From Albugo candida (taxonomy: Eukaryota), in NCBI GenBank assembly GCA_040437565.1, contig JBDOQK010000044.1, forward strand, positions 1 to 64,000: a stretch of 64,000 nt of DNA, in the 5' to 3' direction. Below the pieces are notes generated by a model. The model was given only the letters and a program-made list of their open reading frames with translations. It had not been told where the DNA came from and ran no database searches. Both the position numbers and the translations under genes were made by a program. Positions 36,526 through 49,778 of this stretch are shown here, piece after piece (within the stretch, counting starts at the first letter, position 1; each line of letters opens with the position of its first letter).

Positions 36526-39500
36526 ATGGCTCCCAACAAGTCTCAAGACCAGGACGAATTGCGAGACACACTTCCGACGGCTCAGTCATATATCGATTGG
36601 GACCCGAAAGAGCGCCATAGATATGCTGCCCCACGTATCGAACGCGCCTACGGAAAGCCATTACCTCAATTACGAATCTGTGTGCGGGACCTCAACATTT
36701 CGGCTCAAGTGCAATTTGTCGACAGCAAAGACAACAACAGAGGTTTACCAACTTTATGGAATGAAATCAAGCAGTCATTCAGTGGACTAAGCGCTAGCCG
36801 GAAAGTTGCACAGAAAGAAATCTTGACAGATGTGAATTTGGTGCTGCAACCAGGAACACTAACTCTGGTTCTGGGCCAACCTTGCTCTGGAAAATCGACG
36901 CTGCTAAAATATCTAAGTGGGCGATTTCAGAAAACTAAAAATGTGAACGTGCAAGGTCAGGTTACTTATAATGGTGTCCCACAGTCAGAATTCTCAAAAA
37001 CACTGTCGCAGTTTGTTGCATATGTGACCCAGCGCGATTATCATTTTCCAACACTGACAGTCAAAGAGACTTTTCAGTTTGCTCATGATTTTTGCACCCC
37101 GGTCAGTAAGGAGGGAATTTATCAACGTCTTTCTAGTGGAACAGTTGAAGAAAATGAAAGTGCACGCGCTATTCTTGACCACGAAATGGATCTTCACCCC
37201 GATCTCGTCATTGCCAGCTTGGGCTTGAAGCATTGTGAAGACACGGTCGTCGGGGACGAAATGCTCCGTGGGGTCTCGGGTGGTGAGCGTAAGCGTGTAA
37301 CGACAGGCGAGATGCAGTTTGGATTCAAAGAAGCTGCAATGATGGATGAAATAAGCACAGGCTTGGATAGTGCGGCAACTTTCGATATTGTGCAAACACT
37401 TCAAAGTATGGCACAAACGTACAAAAAGACCATCGTTATCGCCTTACTGCAACCCCCTCCAGACGTCTTTGAGCTCTTCGATAATGTTATTCTGCTAAAT
37501 GAAGGAAAGGTGTTGTATCAGGGTCCTCGTACCGAAGTGATTCAATATTTTGATAATCTTGGCTTTCAGTGTCCGGAATATCACGACCACGCAGACTTTT
37601 TGCTGGATCTTGGAAGCAATGAGCAGTCTAATTATCATGTGGATCGTGGGGTGGTTCCACCTAGAACACCGACGCAATTTGCTAATGCGTTCCAGCAATC
37701 ATCGTACTATAAAGATACCCGGGCAGAACTTGACCAGAACCTTACTACGAGTACTTCCCCACATGAACTCCAACACATGAAATCAGTTCCTGCATTTCAA
37801 CGATCTGCTGCTCACAATTTGGCTGCCCTGATTCGACGACAATTTATGTTGATTTCCAGAGACACAAATGCCATAGTTGGTAGAGCTATTATGACAACTG
37901 TGATTGGTCTCATATATGGATCCACTTACTATGACATTGCACTCCCCAGCATCCAACTGGTTACTGGTACTTTGTTCAACGCATTAATCTTCTTAATCCT
38001 GAACCAGTCTACAGACGTTCCAAACAACATGTTTGCCCGGACAATGTTTTACAAGCAACGTGACGCGAATTTCTATCAGACCGGGTCGTTTGTAGTGTCA
38101 ACGTTCATCGGACATTACCCCATGGCTTTACTGGATACGATTGTATTCGGAACGCTTGTGTACTGGATGGGAGGCTTGGTAGCAAATGCAGGGGTCTTCA
38201 TAGTGTACCTCATACACTTGTTGCTGAACACTCTATGTATTGCGTCGTTCTTTTATTTTCTTAGTGTGAGCTCAGCTGATCTCAATGTCGCTCAACCTTT
38301 GACAATGGTATCGATCGCAATGCACGGTCTATTTGCTGGTTTCGTCATATTACAAGACCAAATTCCGTCCTGGCTCGTTTGGGTTTATTGGATCAACCCA
38401 TTGGCCTTCACTCTTCGTGGAATGCTAGTCAACCAATATCGACATTCAAGTCTGGATGTTTGTGTGTATCAAGGAATCGATTACTGTACTCGATACGGCA
38501 AGACTATGGGCGTATACTCGTTGGATTTGTTTGGCGTTCCTTCCGCCAAAATCTGGGGATATCTTTCCATTCCGTATCTAATTGGTCTTTACTTCTTATT
38601 CATGATTCTGTCCATGTTTATCCTGGAATATCGTCGACCGGTAGAGACTCACAGCTTTATCAAAACCGACTCGGAACAGCTTACAGATGTCGCTGCCGAC
38701 TCAGAGAACGTCTATTACTGTGCGTCTACTCCAAGTGCCTCTCAACGTAATCATGTCGTCATCAACGCGTCAGCTGAACGCCGAGCAATCACACCAATTA
38801 CGTTGTCATTCCACGATCTTCGATATACTATCGTGAAACCAAGCGGCGANNNNNNNNNNNNNNNNNNNNNNNNNNNNNNNNNNNNNNNNNNNNNNNNNNN
38901 NNNNNNNNNNNNNNNNNNNNNNNNNNNNNNNNNNNNNNNNNNNNNNNNNTCTGGGGATATCTTTCCATTCCGTATCTAATTGGTCTTTACTTCTTATTCA
39001 TGATTCTGTCCATGTTTATCCTGGAATATCGTCGACCGGTAGAGACTCACAGCTTTATCAAAACCGACTCGGAACAGCTTACAGATGTCGCTGCCGACTC
39101 AGAGAACGTCTATTACTGTGCGTCTACTCCAAGTGCCTCTCAACGTAATCATGTCGTCATCAACGCGTCAGCTGAACGCCGAGCAATCACACCAATTACG
39201 TTGTCATTCCACGATCTTCGATATACTATCGTGAAACCAAGCGGCGAAAAAGTTGATTTATTGAAAGGGGTATCTGGATATGCGGTCCCTGGGACAATGA
39301 CAGCTTTGATGGGGTCTTCTGGTGCTGGGAAGACAACTCTTATGGATGTTATTGCTGGAAGGAAAAAAGGGGGTCAAATACAAGGGATGATCACATTAAA
39401 TGGCCATACTGCGTCGGATATTGCGGTCAGACGACTGGCTGGCTACTGTGAGCAAATGGATTTTCACTCAGAAGCTTCAACTATACGAGAATCGCTCATG

Positions 39501-41003
39501 TTCAGTGCGAGGTTGAGACAAAGTCAAGAAGTATCAATGGAAGAAATATTGGCGAGTGTTCAAGAGAGTTTGGATCTTCTAGATCTCAACCCGATTGCAG
39601 ACGAGATCGTCCGCGGTCGTTCAGTGGAACAAATGAAGCGATTGACAATTGGAGTCGAATTAGCCGCACAGCCAAGCATTTTGTTTCTCGATGAGCCCAC
39701 AAGTGGTTTGGATGCACGTGCTGCCAAAATCATTATGGATGGTGTTCGCAAGGTGGCAGACTCTGGTCGCACGATTATTTGTACAATTCATCAGCCTTCA
39801 TATGCGGTGTTCAAGATATTCGACAATTTGTTATTACTGAAACGAGGAGGCGAAATGGTCTACTTTGGGGCACTCGGTCAAGATTGCCGTACTCTGATCA
39901 ATTATTTCGAGTCAGCTCCTGGGGTTGCCCCAATCAAGCCAGGAACAAATCCAGCCACCTGGATGCTTGAATGTATTGGTGCTGGTGTCGGTAAAGCAGA
40001 TGGTAGTGAGCAAACCGACTTTACCAGAGTTTTTTCTGCCAGTGAAGAAAAACTGCAACTGGATGATCAATTGAAAAAAGAAGGATTTGGGATTCCGTCA
40101 TCTCGCTACGCTCCACCGACCTTCACAAACAAACGTGCAAGCAGCACGTACATGCAGTTCTCTTATGTCGTCAGCCGCTTCCTTACCATGTATTGGCGCA
40201 CACCGTCATACAATCTCACACGCTTCTATGTCGCCATTACCCAAGGACTCATTTTCGGCTTTGTCTACCTTCAAATTGGCCTGCAATCATATCAAGAAAT
40301 CAACTCGGTGATGGGAATGTTATTTTTGACGACGCTTTTCTTAGGAGTTGTGTGCTTTAACAGTGTACTTCCGATTTGTTTTGACGAGCGCGCTTCTTTT
40401 TACCGAGAGCGATCCAGTCAAACATACAATGCACTTTGGTACTTTATCGGCTCAACTGTGTCTGAAATTCCATACGTATTCAGCAGCACCCTCTTGTTCA
40501 CCGCCTTGCTGTATCCTATGGTGGGTTTCCAAGGCTTCCAAGAAGCAGTTCTTTATTGGCTCGCAATATCACTCAACGTGCTCTTATCCGCGTATCTTGG
40601 TCAGTTTTTGGGCTATTGCTTCCCAACTGTGCAGATTGCCGGACTGGTTGGTGTGCTACTCAACACAATCTGCTTTTTATTCATGGGATTCGCTCCTCCA
40701 GCAGGTGATATTCCTGCAGGATATAAGTGGCTCTATCAGATCAATCCGTTCCGTTACCCTCTCTCAATTGTGGCTGCTGTGACTCTCGCCAAGTGTGAAA
40801 ATCCATCAGACGTCGGCTGTCAGATGTTGACAAATCATCCTCCGGACATTGGCGACATCACCGTGAAACAATATGTGGAAGATACGTTCAACATGAATTA
40901 CGACGACATTACTCGGAACTTTCTCGTCACCGTCGCATTTATTATTTTCTTTCGAATTATGGCACTTCTCGCATTACGATACGTAAACCATCAAAAGCGT
41001 TAA
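36526..41003 (+). CDS. Full-size ABCG/PDR transporter (NBD-TMD-NBD-TMD); one gene split by overlap gap 38850-38949
   Basis: Motifs GQPCSGKS, GVSGGERKRV and DEISTGLDS; GSSGAGKTT, SVEQMKRLTIGVEL and LFLDEPTSGLD; two transmembrane domains; C-terminus NHQKR. Confidence 0.95.
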
Positions 41004-41727
41004 CTCGCGTGTCTCTTTTTCATTCGCATCGAAAGGTGCATTTCATTCGTTAAAAAATTGAATAAACGTGAATTTTCTTCTCAATTGCATGCCTGTTTCA
41101 GTCAACTTTTGCTTTGATTCGTTGTATGCGCCGAATTGGTGCGATTCTCTACCTTTGCAGCGGGAAACTGATCTTTTTTACGATATTCGCCTGAGCAGTT
41201 CGATTATAGGTTCAGCACATGACGGGATAACAGGAGCCACATTGAGACAAAACATGGAAGGACAACGCTCATCCATTTCGAGTTTACATTGTGCTATGCG
41301 CATGCACTTTTCGATCGGACAGCATTGTATCCTCGCTATGCTGCTAAGGATTGAGAAGTCCGCAGTTGAGCTGATTAGAGCATGTACTCGCTGTAGTGTA
41401 AAGTCGTAGAAAGTTTTCGATGTAAGGCATAAGGATCCAAGCAATTAAGAAGTGCTTAAAGAAAGTTGACAAACACCTTTTGCAATGGTTTCGATGCTTC
41501 CTGCGAACAGCCGTGCATGCCTCACTTCAGTGTATTTATATGCAACCCTTTTGCTTCAAGGCGTAAGAATTTTAGTCATTCCATCCCTGAAGCGTGGTGG
41601 AACACAAAAAATCTTGTCCACAACAGCTTCCTATTTTGTATCGTATCTGCTTGACGCTGATACTAAATTATGCCCAAAGTTTGTTTGTAAGCGTCTAGAT
41701 AACTCAGTCTTTACCTTGGGATCTAGT

Positions 41728-44700
41728 ATGGAGCAGGAGGAGGGCTACAATTCATTTGAACAAGAGCACCATGAGTTACGAGGTGAGAGTGCGAATCTCA
41801 CACTCCACCGACTAGCAAATTCTCTAGCCAGTACAGAACTACATCGAAGTGATAGTGGGCGTAGTCTTCGTCTCCGACCTTCAAATGCTAGTGCCGATCA
41901 GACCATATCGAGTCACTGTTTGACTCCAAGGGCTCCTCGAGGACTCAGACCGGGCGGAAGGAGGCCGCATGGGGCGACGGTAATGGTGCCGCACCAAACG
42001 TGCTTGGCGTTCAAGCTAGACAACAATAGTAGTATCCACACAAAAAATGATCATATACTTTCTGATACTGAGGAACCCGAGTCTATCGCCTCGATGGAAC
42101 CATCCACCCGCTCAGCATCTGAAAATCAAAAAAGTCAAGAAGGTACACTCGAGAAAAGGAGAAGCAGTTTTTCTATTTCGACGCATATTCTTGCACAATT
42201 ACAAGAAGATAAAATGAGAAAAGTTGTGAAGACTACTGAGCCTCTCAGGTACACTAATACAATTCCCAAGTTTGAGCACGATGGTGCTTCCTCGTGCCCA
42301 ACAAAATTTAAGCTTGAGGTTCCTGAAAAGCCTGCGTTGTTAAGTCTGAGCTCCGATACGGAAAAAAGCACACCCAAGTCTCTATACAATTTCTCACTGT
42401 GGAGCAATGCTGTTAAACGTCCAATCTTGCCTGAAGCTGTTGGAGCAAGAAACGGTGCCGACTCAGATATGACAGAAGAATGCATGACACAAAGACCTCG
42501 ACCTCGCTGTTACTCGAGCGAAGCAATCTCGAGTGTCTGCACCGGTGAAGTTCTTTTGCCTATCGAAGAAAAAGACTTGAAAGACGCGCGTGACATGATT
42601 GCTCGTTTGAAAACCGATGACAGTAAATCCACAACTTCTCTAAAGACAATAGATCAAAAGTCGCAAAGTTCTTCCACTTCAAATCGTGAAATGAGCCTAA
42701 CTCGCTCGATGTCTCCAAAAATCAGCAAATCGTCAATCTTTAAAAGAGCCTCATCCTCTCTCCCAACATCGGCACCGAATCTTCCTCCACGCTCGACCTC
42801 TTTGGATTCCACAATCGGAAAAACAGCGGAAGCTTTCTCCAATTCACAGTCCTCCAAAGCATTCGATCAAGTGTATGGCAATCAGAAAGCGTATTATCAC
42901 TCTCAAAGCCATTCAGTAGGAACTGGTTCTATTACACAATGGAAGAGAGGAACGCTTATTGGAGAAGGAACGTTTGGAAAGGTTCGCCTCAATTCATTAA
43001 TCACACAGCTTTTTATTTCCATCCATTAGGTCTACATGGGACTCAATATTGCTACCGGAGAACTCTTTGCAATGAAAGAAGTCGAAGTTCGTGCCAGCTC
43101 ACTGAACGAGCATTCCGATCCAATAAAACAACTCTCTNNNNNNNNNNNNNNNNNNNNNNNNNNNNNNNNNNNNNNNNNNNNNNNNNNNNNNNNNNNNNNN
43201 NNNNNNNNNNNNNNNNNNNNNNNNNNNNNNNNNNNNNTGACTCCAAGGGCTCCTCGAGGACTCAGACCGGGCGGAAGGAGGCCGCATGGGGCGACGGTAA
43301 TGGTGCCGCACCAAACGTGCTTGGCGTTCAAGCTAGACAACAATAGTAGTATCCACACAAAAAATGATCATATACTTTCTGATACTGAGGAACCCGAGTC
43401 TATCGCCTCGATGGAACCATCCACCCGCTCAGCATCTGAAAATCAAAAAAGTCAAGAAGGTACACTCGAGAAAAGGAGAAGCAGTTTTTCTATTTCGACG
43501 CATATTCTTGCACAATTACAAGAAGATAAAATGAGAAAAGTTGTGAAGACTACTGAGCCTCTCAGGTACACTAATACAATTCCCAAGTTTGAGCACGATG
43601 GTGCTTCCTCGTGCCCAACAAAATTTAAGCTTGAGGTTCCTGAAAAGCCTGCGTTGTTAAGTCTGAGCTCCGATACGGAAAAAAGCACACCCAAGTCTCT
43701 ATACAATTTCTCACTGTGGAGCAATGCTGTTAAACGTCCAATCTTGCCTGAAGCTGTTGGAGCAAGAAACGGTGCCGACTCAGATATGACAGAAGAATGC
43801 ATGACACAAAGACCTCGACCTCGCTGTTACTCGAGCGAAGCAATCTCGAGTGTCTGCACCGGTGAAGTTCTTTTGCCTATCGAAGAAAAAGACTTGAAAG
43901 ACGCGCGTGACATGATTGCTCGTTTGAAAACCGATGACAGTAAATCCACAACTTCTCTAAAGACAATAGATCAAAAGTCGCAAAGTTCTTCCACTTCAAA
44001 TCGTGAAATGAGCCTAACTCGCTCGATGTCTCCAAAAATCAGCAAATCGTCAATCTTTAAAAGAGCCTCATCCTCTCTCCCAACATCGGCACCGAATCTT
44101 CCTCCACGCTCGACCTCTTTGGATTCCACAATCGGAAAAACAGCGGAAGCTTTCTCCAATTCACAGTCCTCCAAAGCATTCGATCAAGTGTATGGCAATC
44201 AGAAAGCGTATTATCACTCTCAAAGCCATTCAGTAGGAACTGGTTCTATTACACAATGGAAGAGAGGAACGCTTATTGGAGAAGGAACGTTTGGAAAGGT
44301 TCGCCTCAATTCATTAATCACACAGCTTTTTATTTCCATCCATTAGGTCTACATGGGACTCAATATTGCTACCGGAGAACTCTTTGCAATGAAAGAAGTC
44401 GAAGTTCGTGCCAGCTCACTGAACGAGCATTCCGATCCAATAAAACAACTCTCTAAGCTGGGCGAAGAGATCTCGTTAATGGAAAATCTCAATCACAGTC
44501 ACATTGTCCGGTCTGTATCACTTTTATTCGAGTCTCCCGAGCCTTATAATGTTAATAGGTACAAGGGAAGCCATCGAACCGATAATATTTTTTATATATT
44601 CATGGAATATGTTCCAGGAGGAACAATTGCAAGGTTAGAGCCTACTTTGCACTATATCGATGCCTTCTCATTTTTGTGTAGTATGCTGAAACAATTCGAC

Positions 44701-45271
44701 GCCTTCAGTGAGCCTCTGATTCGGATTTTCGTCCGGCAGATTGTCGCAGGTGTAGCGTACCTGCACCGCATGGGCATTGTCCATCGTGACATCAAAGGAG
44801 CGAACGTTCTCGTGAACGAACAAGGAGTAGCTAAGCTTGCCGATTTTGGTTGCTCCAAGCAGCTCACCGATATCCAGAGCACGAGCTTGGAAGAAAGCTT
44901 ACGTTCTATTCGCGGAAGTGTGCCATGGATGGCACCGGAAGTTGTCAAGCAAACTGGCCACGACTATAAAGCGGATATTTGGAGTATCGGCGCTACAATG
45001 ATCGAAATGGCAACTGCAAAATATCCATGGCCAGATAGCAACAATTCTTGGTCGACCATGTTAGCCATAGCGAACGCAACAGAGCCTCCTCCCTTTCCAC
45101 CCAATCTCTCTCAACAAGCAATCCAATTTCTGCAGCAATGCATGCGCATCAACCCGGCAGGTACAACGCTTTTCCAAGTCATTTTTCAATACTGAATATT
45201 TTTCTGGCGCAGAGCGCGCAACAGCGGAAATGCTCCTACTTGATCCATTTTTGGCGACTGAGCAAAAGTAA
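41728..45271 (+). CDS. STE11/MAPKKK-like Ser/Thr kinase with a long disordered N-terminus; about 1.2 kb artefactually duplicated around gap 43138-43237
   Basis: Motifs WKRGTLIGEGTFGKV, AMKEV, MEYVPGG, HRDIKGANVL, LADFG, GSVPWMAPEV and DIWSIG. There are four short GT-AG introns, and the stop is TAA at 45269-45271. Confidence 0.9.
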
Positions 45272-45439
45272 GAGAGCTGGAGCTCGACGTTTTCCTCACT
45301 TCTAGTACATTAATAACCGCGCTTCTTGGGTCTGATGCGATGGTGAACCTTAACGATCGATCTCGAGGTGTCTCAGGCAGCCTACTAGTTATATTTTTAG
45401 AGTAAATAATCCACTGAGAGAAAATCGTCTCTGGACAGT

Positions 45440-46903
45440 ATGTCGTTCCTTTCTTACCCCACGGGTGTTCGCATGACAGCACAAAACGTTGAGAAGCTAC
45501 AGGCAAGACGACGTCGTCAAGAACAGGATGCATTATCGCTTCGCAAGTTTACCAATTCAAACCAAGTTCAGGTGACAGAGCATCAGGCAGAGGCGAGTGT
45601 AGCGTATAAACGACGCTCGAACCAAGCGGCACAATTCACTGCCGAGCGAATATTGGAGCAAACTGACGAGCAAATAGCCGAGGAAAAAGCTCGACGCTTG
45701 CGAGAGACACAACAGAATGAGCTGGTGGCTCAGACCTTGGAAGCTGACAAACGAGCAAAGGAGCAAAAAGAACGAGAAATACAAAGAATTTGTGAGTCGA
45801 GTGAAGATTTGTACGAATTGCAGGCTGTCCTAAAGACAGCTTACATGAACAAGGAACGAGCGACACAACAGCTCGAGAAGGAGACACTGCATACCATTGA
45901 AAAGCAGCGACAAGTAGCGATGGAACAACAAATGGAATATGATCGACAAAAAGCTCTTATCGAGAGGGAAAATGAAGGGCTTTTGAGAAAGGTACAAGCA
46001 CAAAAAGCCAGCCAGGGACTTCAGCAGCAAATGCTCGAACGACGGGAGCTTGAAAAAGAGAGCCAACAAGTAGCCGAATTGGAGCGTCAACGAGTTGAAG
46101 AGCTCATGCGTCAAATTGAGCTCGAGGACCTCGCGGAAATCGATAAGCGCAATCATCAACGTATACAAACGCGCCAGATAATCAAGCAAACAAAGGAAGA
46201 ACGAGCTGAGGTCCTCCGATCTCAGGCCGAGAAGGATCGACAGCAGGAAGAGCGGATTCTCGAGTATCAACAGCAAGTCGCTGCACGGGAAGCTGCTGCA
46301 AAGGCGTCCACGGAACAACGTAAAGCTATTCAGGACGCAACTTTCAAGGCGATTGAGACCGAAATTAAGGCAAAAATGCGTCAAGACGAAGAAATGGAAC
46401 AGCTTCGTGACGAATTGTGGGAGGAGGAGATGTACCAGAAGAAAAAGGAACAAGACGAAGCCAAACAAGAAGCCAAACGCCAAGCCAAAGAGGTGATGAT
46501 GACCAGTAATGCCGAGCAATTGCGATATAAACAGGAGATTCAGGCTCGACAAAAAGCTGAAGAAGAAGCGTATAACGAAAGCCTTAAACAGAAGTTCAAA
46601 TCGGAAGCCAGAAGAGATATGGAATTGGCCATTTTCCGTAGAAAACAAAAGGAGGAGTTCCAGAGAGAGATTGCCGAACAAAAAGCTTACAAACAGCGGC
46701 TGGTTCTGCAACAGGTTGAGGTTGAACGTCGTGAGCGTGAGGCAGAAGAAAAAGAAGAAGCGTATCGACGACAAGTGATTGAGGAAGCCAAGCGTAGACT
46801 TTTGGAGCAACACGCAGAAGCCTTGGAGGGGTATTTACCCAAACATCTTTTACATCCGACTTCCGGCACACTTGAGGCTTCTCGCGCTCGGTCTCAGCGA
46901 TAG
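45440..46903 (+). CDS. MNS1: Meiosis-specific nuclear structural protein 1 (ciliary coiled-coil, TPH domain)
   Basis: E/Q/R/K-rich coiled coil with the MNS1-like blocks LKTAYMNKERATQ and LLEQHAEALEGYLPK; the start may be 45473. Confidence 0.8.
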   Translation: MSFLSYPTGVRMTAQNVEKLQARRRRQEQDALSLRKFTNSNQVQVTEHQAEASVAYKRRSNQAAQFTAERILEQTDEQIAEEKARRLRETQQNELVAQTLEADKRAKEQKEREIQRICESSEDLYELQAVLKTAYMNKERATQQLEKETLHTIEKQRQVAMEQQMEYDRQKALIERENEGLLRKVQAQKASQGLQQQMLERRELEKESQQVAELERQRVEELMRQIELEDLAEIDKRNHQRIQTRQIIKQTKEERAEVLRSQAEKDRQQEERILEYQQQVAAREAAAKASTEQRKAIQDATFKAIETEIKAKMRQDEEMEQLRDELWEEEMYQKKKEQDEAKQEAKRQAKEVMMTSNAEQLRYKQEIQARQKAEEEAYNESLKQKFKSEARRDMELAIFRRKQKEEFQREIAEQKAYKQRLVLQQVEVERREREAEEKEEAYRRQVIEEAKRRLLEQHAEALEGYLPKHLLHPTSGTLEASRARSQR

Positions 46904-47806
46904 TTTCTGTCTGTAGCGTCGACCAAACTTTAGCGAATCGCATAAACACTGAATCGTATATTTTTGCGTGTTTTTAGATCGATATCCTATGGCTCTTTGA
47001 ATATCTTGACGGATCGATCCATAGAAGCTGATGCTAAGAAAGTCGAGTCGGAAGCGAACTGGGCCGCCGTCACATTTGCTTTGTGATCATCAAAGCTTTT
47101 AAGCATTTTCCACTCGCTTTTGTTCAATTCCTTCGCAATCAGTACTTTGGTACCGCTAGCGAGTGCTGCAAAAGTGCCACTCGGATCAAATGAAAGCGCT
47201 TGGATATTCGCGGGTGACTCTGCATCTGAGATCGTGTTTATATCCAGCGAGTAGATGCTTTTGAGCTTTCGCAAATCCCACAAGTGAACGATCCCGTTCG
47301 AACTGCCAGACATGAGATGATAGCCGTTTTCGGAAAAGTTGATTGCCGTGACTGGAGCTGCATGATCTTCAAAAGTGACCACATTACTACACGATTTCAC
47401 GTCCCACATTTGTAATCCAGAATTGGAAGATCCAATGCCAAATATACCTCCATCGGGGTGAAATTCGATGCATAAAGCTTGCTCAGAACGTCCAACGGAA
47501 TTGTCGAGAGAGTGTTGTACCAACTTCTGACCTCGATGAAGATCGTAGAATGCCCAGTTTCCATCCAAAGAGCTTGAAATCAGGTAATCCCCAGTNNNNN
47601 NNNNNNNNNNNNNNNNNNNNNNNNNNNNNNNNNNNNNNNNNNNNNNNNNNNNNNNNNNNNNNNNNNNNNNNNNNNNNNNNNNNNNNNNNNNNNNNGGCTT
47701 CTCGCGCTCGGTCTCAGCGATAGTTTCTGTCTGTAGCGTCGACCAAACTTTAGCGAATCGCATAAACACTGAATCGTATATTTTTGCGTGTTTTTAGATC
47801 GATATC

Positions 47807-49393
47807 CTATGGCTCTTTGAATATCTTGACGGATCGATCCATAGAAGCTGATGCTAAGAAAGTCGAGTCGGAAGCGAACTGGGCCGCCGTCACATTTGCT
47901 TTGTGATCATCAAAGCTTTTAAGCATTTTCCACTCGCTTTTGTTCAATTCCTTCGCAATCAGTACTTTGGTACCGCTAGCGAGTGCTGCAAAAGTGCCAC
48001 TCGGATCAAATGAAAGCGCTTGGATATTCGCGGGTGACTCTGCATCTGAGATCGTGTTTATATCCAGCGAGTAGATGCTTTTGAGCTTTCGCAAATCCCA
48101 CAAGTGAACGATCCCGTTCGAACTGCCAGACATGAGATGATAGCCGTTTTCGGAAAAGTTGATTGCCGTGACTGGAGCTGCATGATCTTCAAAAGTGACC
48201 ACATTACTACACGATTTCACGTCCCACATTTGTAATCCAGAATTGGAAGATCCAATGCCAAATATACCTCCATCGGGGTGAAATTCGATGCATAAAGCTT
48301 GCTCAGAACGTCCAACGGAATTGTCGAGAGAGTGTTGTACCAACTTCTGACCTCGATGAAGATCGTAGAATGCCCAGTTTCCATCCAAAGAGCTTGAAAT
48401 CAGGTAATCCCCAGTTGCGTGCAAAGACGTCATTGTCACTGCATCTTGATGACCTTGTAGCGTCTGCAGACTCTCTGTCTGAACCTTGTTGTCCTCCAAT
48501 TCCCAAATTTTGATCTGTTTGTCGTAGCTGGAGCTTATCACCAACGGTGCAGTTGGATGAAAAAGAACGTGACTGACTTTCTTCTGATGCCCTTGTAGCG
48601 TGCCCACGACCTGTTGTGTGGTGATGTCGAAAATCTGCACCCGTTTGTCGACACCGCCACTTGCAATCTTCGTAGAGCTTGCATCAATCGCAAGACACAG
48701 GACACCTGGCTTCTCGGACGCATGCCAGGTATGACTTGAGGTGACATTCCATTCGGTTGCAAGATTTTGAAGCTTTTCGGCTCGTTCGGGTGCAATTTTC
48801 TTTTTGAATTCTTTTCTTTCTTTTGCGAGGATTTTTTGTGTACTATCCACTTTATTTAAGAGCTCTTCGCTCAGTTTACCTACTTTAAGGTCGCCTACGG
48901 ATTCCATTTGTACATCGCTGGTCAATTCGGTGCTTCCATTTACGGCTGTCCTGTGAGATAGATTTTCCATGGTGCTACGTAGCTCTGCATTTTCCGCATT
49001 TAATCGAGCAATAACGCGACAGGCAGCATCGTGTTGATAGAGCGCGTGTGATAGCTCTTGTCGAGTTTTTTCCAAATGCTGTCGCAAGGTGAAGGTTTCA
49101 AGCATGACTGCATCCCATTCGTTCTGAAACGTTTGCAGCAATGTCGGAATGCTGGTAGGATTCAAAATATCATTAGATAGTGAGGGAGCCGGATTTAGTG
49201 TGGAGGATTTCAAATTAGTACAAGGCTGAATGGATACGATATCGTGCGCAACATCCAATTCTTCATTAGTGACGGGGCATCGATTTTGGTTCAATTCTAA
49301 ATGTTTGAATAGTAGACGCTTCTCAAACACATGACCAGATTTCACAGATACGACAGGCTCCGTAGGAAGTAGGCCGCTTATCGCACACAGCAT
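47807..49393 (-). CDS. PRP19: Pre-mRNA-processing factor 19 (U-box, coiled coil, WD40)
   Basis: U-box MLCAISG...PVVS...GHVFEKRLL; QNEWDAVMLETFTLRQHL...RQELSHALYQHDAACRVIARL; WD40 repeats. Confidence 0.97.
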   Translation of the reverse strand: MLCAISGLLPTEPVVSVKSGHVFEKRLLFKHLELNQNRCPVTNEELDVAHDIVSIQPCTNLKSSTLNPAPSLSNDILNPTSIPTLLQTFQNEWDAVMLETFTLRQHLEKTRQELSHALYQHDAACRVIARLNAENAELRSTMENLSHRTAVNGSTELTSDVQMESVGDLKVGKLSEELLNKVDSTQKILAKERKEFKKKIAPERAEKLQNLATEWNVTSSHTWHASEKPGVLCLAIDASSTKIASGGVDKRVQIFDITTQQVVGTLQGHQKKVSHVLFHPTAPLVISSSYDKQIKIWELEDNKVQTESLQTLQGHQDAVTMTSLHATGDYLISSSLDGNWAFYDLHRGQKLVQHSLDNSVGRSEQALCIEFHPDGGIFGIGSSNSGLQMWDVKSCSNVVTFEDHAAPVTAINFSENGYHLMSGSSNGIVHLWDLRKLKSIYSLDINTISDAESPANIQALSFDPSGTFAALASGTKVLIAKELNKSEWKMLKSFDDHKANVTAAQFASDSTFLASASMDRSVKIFKEP

Positions 49394-49778
49394 GACCTCT
49401 TTCTGCTCTATATCCTTGGACGTCGGTAGTCTCCTTATCGATAAAATTTAACAAAGTGAACGAAATCGTATCGTGTATCAGTTATATGTTAGTAAATGCT
49501 TTCAAGGGCGTCCACAACGCAGGCAATTAAGAAAGCAAGCAGCTTTGCAAGCACAAGTAATCGCATAACAATCATCTTTGAGTGAGTAGGATCTCAAAGG
49601 CCGCATCATTGAATTCGACAATCGCTTTTAACAAATTGGTCGATGCAAAATTTTGACGATAAGTCAACCCTCCATAATGATCGGACAATAACGTGCGACA
49701 AACATTCTGCTCAAATAACATGTATCGATGGATGTTGAGAACTGCGGCAACAAATTTCACCTCGCTGTGTCCGTACAA

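Noticed and set aside
38552-39248. PDR transporter split into two half genes
   Set aside because: The break and the repeat of about 300 bp come from gap 38850-38949; collapsing them gives one normal PDR gene.
41921-44454. Apparent tandem duplication of the kinase gene (1.2 kb)
   Set aside because: The copies appear identical, including the intron, and abut a 100-N gap, which indicates an unmerged contig overlap.
45830-46813. 327-aa Leu/Phe-rich minus-strand ORF
   Set aside because: Antisense shadow of the GAA/CAA/AAG-rich MNS1 coding sequence.
46876-48415. Second partial PRP19 copy and chimeric ORF 46987-47769
   Set aside because: Identical sequence lies on both sides of gap 47596-47695; scaffolding overlap.
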